Shown: positions 38,117-48,120 of the stretch, in pieces | How positions within the stretch are numbered: the stretch's first letter is position 1 | Layout of the letters: each line of letters opens with the position of its first letter | Source: Eremomyces bilateralis CBS 781.70 | Lineage: Eukaryota | Reading direction: 5' to 3' (one strand) | NCBI GenBank assembly: GCA_010015585.1 | Contig: ML975152.1 | Length of the DNA stretch: 64,000 bases | Translations under genes and position numbers: made by a program | The notes under the pieces: model-generated | Databases searched by the model: none | What the model was told of the DNA's origin: nothing | What the model saw: the letters and a program-made list of their open reading frames with translations, nothing else

Positions 38117-38845
38117 CTCGAGGACCAATGAGATGAAATGGGTTGGAATGCCTTGTTGGAATCCGATCACAACATCAGTCTGTCGTGTGAAGAAAGTTGA
38201 GCGAGCAGATGTTGTGCTGAGACTGAAGGCGCAGTAAACTTTTGTTTGACAGTTGATGCCTGACCGTCTTGCGATGATGTGTGCAGCAAATCCAGTTTTC
38301 ACTTTTCAGAATTATCTGTAGCCAATCATGGTCTGCCGTTGCCTTTATACTTGGGTGCTACAAATACTGCAGGTCGCCATAGCTTGTTTGCAGGATGAAA
38401 TATGAATGTGATAGATCGGGTTTTAGAGCACATGAAACTCTATGGAAGTAAAGATAAAGGTTTCTCAAACATATCATGTTGCTTGGTGGTCAGACTCTCT
38501 TAGCTCACTATTGTGCAGCCCTGGTGGATTTCAGGGCTGCAGCTCTTTATCATGACCCCAGAGCTCCGTCACACAACTTAATTCCGCTGAAGGGCATTTC
38601 ATTGTTCCTCCGCTTACTATTGTTGCGAATATTAAAGGTCAGGTTCCAAGTCTCTATCCTATTAGCATGACGAGTCTATTGTCCTATCTAATATTACACT
38701 AAACATCTACACTGAAATCGAAATGAGGAATGCATTACGCTCCACGACCGCTCCACAGTTTCACCGTTCTTAATGGTATCATATATTCACATAGCCGTGA
38801 CAATTCACGAAGCTCAGTATCCAAACCTCAGGGCCGCACGCCTTC

Positions 38846-39883
38846 TTATTCTCTCTTTCCCTGCCAGAATCCTTCCATCTGCCCCTGCATCCGCCACCAC
38901 ATCTCCACGGGCTTCCGATCAATCCAATCCTTGTTCAACGAGTCCCAGAACTTATCATGAAGCGTGGCCGTCCCCCCTTCCACGTCCTTCTCATTTGGCC
39001 AGTTGGTGTTCCACTTCCCCATCTCAAACGCGCGCCACGGCATATTCCCGTCGCGGCGATGCGCGTACGTCAGCATGCTCTGCTCCATGAAGACGCTGGG
39101 GAAGCGGTTCGGGATGTTGAGGACGGACTTGTAGTAGGCAAGGAGGGCGCGGTCTGGTCGAAGGAGGAAGAATCCGCCGTTGATGTCGTCACCCTCGACG
39201 GGGGGGAAGGGATGATCCCCGCCGCCGGTGTCGGAGACGCCGGTGAAGAGGTAGGTGCTCGGCAGGGGCGCTTCATCGGACTCGATGGATGCCGGGTCGG
39301 CGCCGGTCGTTTGCACTTCCATGACGGCCGGCTCGTCGAAGATGGGGTCGAGACATCGGGTGAGGAGCATGTCGTTGTCGACATAGAGGATGCGGTCATA
39401 TTGCTCGAGGCCGAAGAGACGCAGCTTCGTGAACTGGTCGTCGTAGCGGTCCGTCGCCGGGCTGAGCCATGGCGTGTCCGGTAGAAGGAGGTCGACGGGG
39501 ACAATCTGCGCGCCCTCCGACGCCAGGATTTTGCGCTTGTGCTCGGAGACGTGCGGGGGTACGAGGATCAATAAGGGGATGTTGTCTCTGGTCTTCGTGA
39601 CCGGATGGTGGAGGAGTTGATAGGCAAGAACCCGCGACGCGGTGAAGTACGGGTCATATTCCGACTCATTGGTGACTCTTGTCGACAGAAACGATGCGTA
39701 GGCAACCTTCAAGCCATTCCGCACTGGCGGGGCGGTAAATAAAGGGATCTGCGTGGAAATGGACGATGCTGCGCTGGGCGAATGCGGCGCGATCTTGAAA
39801 AACGTGAACAACAGAATACACGCGGAGACGGTGGCCGCGACGATGGTGAGCTGGTTAGCTCGAATTTTGACAGGTGTGATCAT
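38846..39883 (-). CDS. Glycosyltransferase family 8 protein (Gnt1/glycogenin-like), type II membrane protein
   Basis: N-terminal TM anchor; RVLAYQLLH, FTKLRLF..EQYDRILYVDND (DxD), INGGFFLLRP, MEQSML and LHDKFW. Confidence 0.9.
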   Translation of the reverse strand: MITPVKIRANQLTIVAATVSACILLFTFFKIAPHSPSAASSISTQIPLFTAPPVRNGLKVAYASFLSTRVTNESEYDPYFTASRVLAYQLLHHPVTKTRDNIPLLILVPPHVSEHKRKILASEGAQIVPVDLLLPDTPWLSPATDRYDDQFTKLRLFGLEQYDRILYVDNDMLLTRCLDPIFDEPAVMEVQTTGADPASIESDEAPLPSTYLFTGVSDTGGGDHPFPPVEGDDINGGFFLLRPDRALLAYYKSVLNIPNRFPSVFMEQSMLTYAHRRDGNMPWRAFEMGKWNTNWPNEKDVEGGTATLHDKFWDSLNKDWIDRKPVEMWWRMQGQMEGFWQGKRE

Positions 39884-40684
39884 CGTTGGCAGGGCATATC
39901 AGAAACGACGTAGTGCGTGCTTCACCATGGGCGGTACAGCGGTCAAAGAAAGAGGAATCCCTCGCATGATGAAAGATGAGAAAGTATTATGGATTGAATA
40001 CTTGCCCTGCGGTACCACTCTCGTTACCCATATCGTAACACCATCGGTCAGTGGCCCACATCCCTAGCAATCCCCTTTTCTGCAAGATTTACTGTCGGTA
40101 TGCGGAATGGTTGGTGTATTCCGGTGTGTTTTTACCCTGGATTTCATCGGTGACATGCAGCCTTGTCACCAAATGACTGACCCGACTGAGCGAGCAACCC
40201 CCTGCCATTGGGTTTAGCGACATTTGGTGGCTTGAAACGAACCACCTAGATCAAAAACGGTTATTTTAGTCCAGTGCGGCTAAAATTCTAGGCTGGACCG
40301 TGGCAGCCAGTGTGAAATCAAAGGTGATTCAAAATTCTATATGCAACGTGAATAGGGTGGGCGTAAAGAAATAATGAAATAAATAGGCCCGAGTAAATTA
40401 CGAAAACAATGAAATTTATTGTTTTATTTCTTGCATTTATTTCCTTACCTAAAATCAGGAATCCCGTGACGGACCCCTGGAGGCTGTATCCACCATCGTA
40501 TTCTTGCCTGCATCGTTTCCCCTCGTGAACGGAGAGCAAGTAGGGATCCCAACGAAAGAAGGAAGTCGCAATGGATATGGAGAAGGACCCGTGATATCAA
40601 ATACACGAAGAGTCTCCGAACACGGTATTAGGATATATTAAGCAGGATATATTAAGACTTAGGAAATGCGGAACCAAGAAACGA

Positions 40685-42996
40685 CTATATCTCATCAATA
40701 CCAATCTCCTCCCCCTCACTATCCTGACCCTCATCCGAATCATGATCTTCATCATGATCTTCATCATTGAGCTGCTCCGCAAACAGTTGATGCGTCTCAG
40801 CCTCCTCCTCAAGTTCAAGGTCACATAAGTCATGCAATGACTTTAGATACTCTTCTGTACTATACTCCGCGTAATGCTGCAAAGTCCTGGAGTTCATATA
40901 GATGAAGAGCATCTTATTTAGGGTTTCTCCCTTCATACGACTCCTCTTCGCTGTCATCAAAAGATTCTGCACAGAGAAAGTGTGAGATAAATAGCGGTTT
41001 CGCTCAATCCGGTGATTAATGCAGCGACACGGTGGAAAACCCCGTTAGATTCCAAAAGAGCGTAGATAGATTTAACTTGATCCTTTTTCTTAGCCTCAAT
41101 CCTACGAAAACAGGCTGTTCCTGCAGCTATTTATGTGGTTTTTTATGATGATCTTTTCCCCGATAAAGGAAACAGAAGGCATAGAATCGAATATGAGATG
41201 AGACAGTGGTGATACGCCAACGATACGCCAATGATACGTCAATAAAACACAGATATTCTGTGACAGAAAGCCCTCTCCGATGGGACTGAGTTCGCCGGTG
41301 CTGTAAAAACACGATTAACGATCGCTGTTAGAGGTGCTGCATGATGAAATGCGCTCGCGGTGCTCCAGTATTCTAGGGTGTCATTCTCCTCCGCGATAAG
41401 GCGCTTATTCCGATGGAACGAGCTCATGGAATCTTTATATTGCGTGAAGATCCTGATTGCCTGGTTCGCTATAGTAGAGTTCCCCGAATACTTCATGATG
41501 AAGTCCTCAATGAGCTTGCGATCTTTTGAAGTAACGTGTACTTTCCGGTTTAGAGGGTTCAGATGGAAAGCGACACGGTGGAGATCAGCGGTAATCTGTT
41601 TCTCTTTCCGGGTAAGCCACTTGTTCTCAACCGATGCAGCCATCGGTAGGGCGTTGATGTTTGAGAACTGTAAATCAAGATGGGCCTTAACCGTATCCCA
41701 TTTCGATATCACCGAGCCAATATCCTGCTTCCGCGAGACCTCTGTCTCCCTAAGGAACATCGAGATCGGTTCAATAACATACAGGAGCTCGTCCAGATCA
41801 TTCCAGAGGCGATAATCGAGTATGACCGGCGTAAGTTCGGTAAACTTCTCTTTTAGATTACCGGATAGGCCTTCCATGGTTGGCAATACGGTACGGAAGA
41901 ACTCCTGGATAGCTTTCCTATTCTCTACGACCGAGTTGAGGGCCTTGAGATGTGTTCCCCATCTTGTTTCAACAGCAGCGATGAGCATCTTCGTCTTCCC
42001 GTAATATTGGACCTGTAGCGCCCTGATCTCACCAAGTATACGGGAGGAGTTCCGGATACTGTTGATCAGGCTCTGACAGGTCTTGAATCAAGGCTTAAAC
42101 TTCGGTAGTTTTAAGATATCTTGGACGAGGAGATTCAGACCGTGAGCCTGACAAGGAATGGGGATAATATGCCCTAGCTCTTTATCTTTCTGAATCATCT
42201 TCCAGACTGATCGCATTGTTGAGCATGTATCGGTAGATAGGCTATTAACCATATCTAGCTTGTCCACCCCAAAGAAGTCAATCAGACCCTTCCGAAGAAC
42301 GTTCACAAGGTATTTCGCGGTTTGTCGGTCTTTCCACCGTATTAGATGCGTCGAGATAACGAGGGAACCGAAATCAGGATGTATGATAGAGAGGTTGATA
42401 ACGCGTTCGCCTGCTGCATTGCTCAACTCGTCAATGCAGGCATTGATGGAGTGTTTATAGTCGAATCGATCGAAGATAAAGCGACGCACTTCATCGTAAA
42501 GGCTCGAGTATAGGTTGTTGAGGATGTCTCCCGCGACGCGGTGGCGGTTAGGTATTTTGAAATTTCCGTCCGGTCCTGCAAGCTCGAGAAGAAAGTCTTT
42601 CATATCATCATTCTCTAGAATGTGAAAGGGGCTTCCAGATGTAACGATAGCTTTTGTTAAGAGCGTTTCAAGTCTCGTCTGTCGATCGGCTTTGATATAC
42701 CGTTTCTTGAAGTATTCCTGGAGCATTGGCTGAGATCCTGATCTCTTTACACCACTCGGATTCGGGGAAGGAGACAAAGATGAAGAAGGCAAAGACATGG
42801 ATGGAGTTCGTGAGTCTCGAGATACTGGGTTATTCTCGCATTCTCCTGGGTTTTCGAAATGACCCTTCGCTCGTGTAGCGTTCTTTGCGAAGGTTTTCCC
42901 GCAGTATTTGCAGGTCATTATGGCCTTGTTCGCAGGTGAAACTCCACTCGCCCAATGCTTCCAGATAGCATCCTCAGGACGTCCGGGTCTACCCAT
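40685..42996 (-). pseudogene. hAT transposase (673 codons when reconstructed), disrupted by an in-frame TGA (42088-42090) and a solo-LTR insertion
   Basis: BED-like finger (IWKHW...CKYC...H...C), IDELSN, STDTCSTM, CQAHGLNL, ETRW and dimerisation domain ANSVPSERAF|SVQNLLMTAKRSRM...LFIYMN. The frame continues across the TGA (KP*FKTCQSL...KMLIAAVETRW). Confidence 0.93.
40981..41265. mobile_element. Solo LTR (285 bp) of an LTR retrotransposon
   Basis: Begins TGTGAGA and ends TGTGACA (TG...CA), flanked by the 5-bp direct repeat GAAAG (40976-40980, 41266-41270). Removing it restores GAG AGG GCT TTC TCT GTG CAG (ERAFSVQ). AATAAA at 41241 and a triple GATACGYCAA repeat near the right end. Confidence 0.88.
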
Positions 42997-43811
42997 ATTA
43001 TGTGATACATAGATAGAGCTCGCTGAGACGAAGAAGTAGATGTATAAAATATAAGGTTCAATAAAGGTTTGGTGATATTGTTGGGATTTGAAGACTTTAT
43101 GAATAAAATGGCCTCAAATCTACATCAGAGGCTGGGGACATTCCAGCTACTTGTGAACCCGGCTTATCAACAATTGAAAACAGCATTTATATATAATGAT
43201 ATATATATTAAATTATAGCTTTAAATGAAAGCAATCGATTAATGTATACTATATCAAAATTAAATAGATACTTGTAGAGTTATTGGTAGCAGAAGAAAAG
43301 ACCGCAAAAGCTGTATTCTGTTGCCCAGGGGAACAGACCATCAGCTGCATTACAACTTTACAAGTCGAAAATGAAAGATTTTCGACCGGACTCAACACAG
43401 ACTTCCTATATTAATATGAATGTCAAATTATAGCTCTAAATCAGGCGAGTATGAGAATGTAGGGCGCATATGGAATAGACGTGGTTCCGTAAAGATATGG
43501 TAGCTGGAAGCAATGTGGTTTCTGCATACAATAGATCCCTGCAGGTACGGGACAGATCTACCGCTTCAAAATAAATATGGCATCACGTGATATACTAACC
43601 TAATACGGCTAGCATATCATTAAACTAACTATTTTGGGCCTAGCTTATTTTAGGTAATTTTCAATTGAAATAAATGTTTATTTCAAGGTTTCAGAGTTTC
43701 TTAGGTAAGAAACGTTTATTTCATATATTATACCCACCCTAAACGTGAAACACCTCAAATCCTACCATCGTAACTCCACCTCCACCTTCCTAATTAGTAA
43801 TGAAAGCTTGG

Positions 43812-43847
43812 CATGAAATATTTCCAGGCCTCCGGAAATATTTCATG
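43812..43847. repeat. Perfect 14-bp inverted repeat with an 8-nt spacer
   Basis: CATGAAATATTTCC-AGGCCTCC-GGAAATATTTCATG, inside the putative outer miniature element. Confidence 0.85.
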
Positions 43848-44575
43848 AAAATTACAAGAACAATAGATTTCATTGAAAAATTTCACCCACCCTAGTGGCA
43901 GGCTTCGCGTCCTTTGGATTTGAATATTATTTACAATCAATTCCGCGTGGCGAGTAGTTCGGCCGCACAAGGCGTGGTACGGCCACCAGGCGGCCGGTGC
44001 GCGAAGGATATTACCGCGGAGATAGGATAATTGCACAAGAGTGTCACAGTCGTATTTTTCGTGCTTTGAGGCGTTGATGGATTGTTGCCTTATGGCCTGA
44101 TATGGATGCCTCACGATACGATTGGATGTGATGTGATGCCTCCGATGTGTTAGGGGTTATCACGTGGTGATTCACAATCCCGCTTTGTGTATATTATATC
44201 TCTCTCTCTGTTCTGGTTTCCCATTCTCCTTCTTTATCTTTCGTTTCGTCGAATACAAGCTGTTTTACGATAGTGATCCATATCCATGGTCCTCCAAAAT
44301 AGCACCGTGACAAAGAGCACGAATTAAGCATCGCTTTATCGGAGAGATTCTGCAAAGTGTCCGCAGTGCAGGACTAGGTCTCTACATGGCGGATATATTC
44401 TACTATGTGGCATTTTCAGTTCTGACAGCCTACAGCTGACACATGTTGAATACGGCAGTTGTGGCAACGCATATCCTTCCATAGCTGCAAGACAATTGCT
44501 TCAAAGGCGAGCGGAAAAGTACCCAGCGGCAAAGTACAGTACCGGTATCATCGACAAAAGCTACAGTGGAATTCA

Positions 44576-47500
44576 TCAAGGTGTACTCTTGTCTGACGGG
44601 ACAGATGGTGGGACAGGATCCATCGGAGGCGCCAGGCTGCCTTCAATGCGTCTCTTTGCATCCATCCTCTCCTGCCTTGTCGGGCTATCCGTCTTTGTGT
44701 CTGGAATATGAGGTAGCGCATTTGGAGAGTGGCCCATGGACATGCCGACTCGAATCTATATATTCGTTAGTATCGACCGATTGTAGTAGGATGACCACCC
44801 TTCAACTCACCAATGTTTCGAGGGCTCCCGCCGAATTATCGGCCAAATCCTCGTCCCATTGCATCATACCCGGCTCGAACAGTACCAGGAGGGTGCTTCC
44901 ACCAAACTTGAAATACCCCAGTTCGTCAGCACGCCTCACTTTCTCGCCGGCAGTTCGGGTGATGACAGTGCTGCCGACCATCATTGCGCCGACGCAAATC
45001 ACCATGACACGCCCGTGCTTCTCGCTGTCAATCGGCACGATGACCCGCACGTTCTCCCCGTAGACATCCAATGCTGACCGGATTGCCATCGGGTTCACCG
45101 TGTAGTACTCCCCGGCAATAAGCTTCGGCTCATCGAGGATGCCGTCGACCGGGATATGGAAACGGTGGTAATCTTGCGGCGCCAGACGGAAAATTCCAAG
45201 CGCCCCATTGTGATACCGCTTTGCGTCTTCGGGATACGCATCCCCCAACAGCCGCTCGATCGTGAACTCTCGGCCCTTGACCCAGATGCGTTGCGCATCG
45301 GACAACTTATTGAAGACCACGGAACGGCAGTCGGCTGGGGATGTGATGATTTCCGGACGGAAGGGAGCACAGCAGGGACGGGCCCCGGGATTCAAGGCAC
45401 GGTAGAAGAACTGGTTGAAGGTTTTGAACTGCTCGGTCGGCAGCAGAACCTCGGACATGTCCAGTTGATGGAAGGCGATGAAGCTCCGGATCTGAGACGC
45501 CGATGCTGGGTCATCGTACTTCTTGCCTTGTTTAATGCTTAGGGAGCGTAGAAGCTTTCGAACTATCGCACGGTTAGTGAACGCCATACCCGTCGCCTGC
45601 GCACCGCTTACTCCGCTTCTTCTCCATATCTCGACTCTTCAACCCCTTATATAGCAGCCGAATTCCGAGTCGGACGTAGACGCTCATCCGTTCTTCGTTG
45701 ATCTGGCCGGTAAGTCGATCTTGGACCAGAATGTTGGCCGAGTTCGCACCCAGTTTATATCCACCGTAGCTGATTTTTGTGATGACTTTGGAGTACCACT
45801 TCCTCTGCGCCTGGCTGGATGTGACGAAGCCAGCCATGAGCAGATTGTTGACCTGTCTCCAGTCCTGGCTGGCGCATGTGGCGATATGCGTGATGATGTC
45901 AGAATCGGAGCGCTTGTGTAGGCGCGGTTGGTGACAGATTGGACATTCGCGGATTTCGATGACATGCTCCTCGCCCCCATCATCTACCAGGTCATCTCTG
46001 GACATAGTTGCCCCTTCTTCCCCTTCTTTACCTTGAACGTCGGATTCAAGCACGAGCACTGACGATGAGTTCATGCTTTCGTTGACCGGCGTCTCGACGC
46101 CCGGCGTAAAAACCGAAGGAGTCTCAGAGCCATTCGAACCTTCTGAGGACTTGGGTTGCGTCCGCTGCAACTGATCCTCCAGGCAGACCACGGCCTGGTC
46201 GATTGTCATCAATGCCTCGCCTTCCTCTCCGGTCTCCCCCGCAAAACGCTTGAAGAAACCATCGATCGTGTCCTCGTGCAATGTAGAGCCCAAGTTGTCC
46301 AGCATCGTCGTCAACTCAACCTTGTCAATTTTGCCGCTATCGTCCGCATCGTACTGCCGTAGCATGGCTTTCCAAAACTGCTGCCGTAGGGCTTTATATG
46401 GGAGATACCTGGCTTTGATATACAACACCGGATTGTGCTTCGACTCCCACCGGTCCTTGTTCTTCAGATCGATCGGGAGTTCGAATGCGGTCAGCTCGTG
46501 TTCATCTGGCCCGACGTTCAGCGGCGCTGTAGGCGGGCTTGCGCTGCTCGATTCGGATATCAGATCCGGAGCCAGTGGAGCGTTCCCTGGGCCCGGAGGA
46601 ACGTCCAGATTTACTGCTGCACTGCGGATCGATAGCGTCGACTCCTCCTTCTTGAGTGCCGGCTTGTTTAGTCGAGATAAGCTTTGGCTCGATGACGAAC
46701 GAGACAACGGAATGCCGAAGCGCTTCCTGGCTTTCGCCACATGGGCATACTCTGCGGGTTCGGGAAGACTGTAGAGACCGGTTTCCGGATCGGCTTCGGG
46801 AGAGGTTCCGGTAACTTTTTCTAGAGGCAAATTTACGGTGCCGACGAAATCATTGCCGGAGAAGGAATCTCGATCCACAACCGCGAAGCTGACCGAAAAA
46901 TTTACTTCTTGACGCAGTACTTGGAAAACGAGCTTCTCATCATAGACTGGGTTCAAGTTATGTCGGACTACTCGAGTACGATAGGTCTTCTTGCCCAGAG
47001 ATGTAACCACAAATGGGTCCATGTCGAATGAGGTACGGGTCACTTTCCCGAAGTTAGCATCCATAGACCAGGAGTATTTTATAGACCTACTGTTCCGTTC
47101 AGGGGGGAGATCCGTGATCTTGCAGATCTCCAAATAGAGCACGCCTGCAACGACTGAACCACCATTGAATTCGTATGCCTTCTGCTTCGCCTTTCTTCTT
47201 AACTTCGCAATCCGCCGCCTCCGTTTCTTTGTCCGTGTTTCTTCCGTCTTCTCCGCTAAAGCTTGGCCGTCCTCCTCATCGATTTCATCTTCATCTTCCA
47301 GTTCGGGGCTCTCCTGCTCTCCTTTTTCGTCGTCATCGTCGACCCCGTCCGCCCCCGTGATCGTACTGAACTTCTGTATAATCTGCTGTGGTGTCGCGGC
47401 GGGATTGGAGGGGTCGCTCAGCGAAAGATGTAGCTGCACACGGCCGGTGACGAAGGAAGACTTTTTCCCCGTCCGGCGAGACTCGAGCGGATACCATGCA

Positions 47501-48120
47501 GGCTGTTTTCCGAGAAGCATTAGACCAGTCTTGTCAATGTTCCGCCTTTGGGTTGAAGTGCACGAACCTGGAGGTCCACTTCACCATTGCTAAAGACATC
47601 GTCCAGCGCGATGGCGAACTCGCCCATGTAGTCTTTGCCAAATCGATCCTTATCCCAGCAAACGGCCTCCAAGAGAAGGCTTTGTACGCCGACGACGGGG
47701 AACTCGAGGTCCTGGTTCCATTCGGGGTTTAGGGTTTTGGGGATCGTCGACGTAGCGGATCGTGCGTCTCCAAGCGTGACCACGAGATACTGTCAGGTCC
47801 CTTAAGGTCAATTCATGCGGAGAAACCCAGGGGTCTGCAAGTCTTACGGGATCACTTGTTCCAGTCCTGTCCTTTGCTGCAAGGTCCTGGCCCTGGAATC
47901 GAAACAGGTCGTCAGCATCGAGGTTTCGCTAAACTTTATAGCAATTTCAAGCAGCACCCACCTTGATGGCCTTAACCTTGAGCACAAGGCTGTCTTTGGC
48001 ATCGAGCATTGTGCCGGGCTTCGGACTGGTACTCCTGCTTGAATTGGCGGTGGGGGTATTGTTGCCCTTCAATCGGTTGGGGAAGCTGCTTAAGCGACCC
48101 GGGAGAGCTGGGCGAGGCAT
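44576..48120 (-). CDS. PSD2: Phosphatidylserine decarboxylase 2 (C2-C2-EF hand-PSD), multi-exon
   Basis: C2 domains (KTLNPEWN...CWDKDRFGKDYMGEF; DMDPFVVTSLG...HNLNPVY), EF hand YDADDSGKIDKVE, FNQFFYRAL, SPADCR, FRLAPQDYHRFH and autocleavage motif FKFGGST. Last exon IRVGMSMGH...STP*. Confidence 0.96.

Larger units (their letters stand above)
40353..43741 (-). mobile_element. hAT-superfamily DNA transposon, 3389 bp, both ends present
   Basis: TIRs TAGGGTGGGCGTAA / TAGGGTGGGTATAA (12/14); perfect 8-bp TSD AACGTGAA at 40345-40352 and 43742-43749; AT-rich subterminal GAAATAAA and TTACCTAA motifs at both ends; hAT transposase inside. Confidence 0.96.
40308..43894. mobile_element. Putative ~190-bp non-autonomous hAT-type miniature element (40308-40352 plus 43750-43894) split by the larger hAT insertion
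   Basis: A second hAT right end, TTTCACCCACCCTA, ends at 43894 with the same 9-bp terminus as the inner element. A degenerate left end CAGTGTGAAAT starts at 40308. Flanks GTGGCAGC (40300-40307) and GTGGCAGG (43895-43902) match 7/8. Dense TGAAAT motifs. Confidence 0.5.

Noticed and set aside
40981..41265. The transposase interruption read as a spliceosomal intron
   Set aside because: On the coding (-) strand it has no terminal AG acceptor or consensus donor; TG...CA ends and a 5-bp duplication fit an LTR.
42088..42090. Programmed readthrough or selenocysteine at the transposase TGA
   Set aside because: No supporting signal seen, and the gene is independently broken by the LTR; a simple nonsense mutation is more parsimonious.
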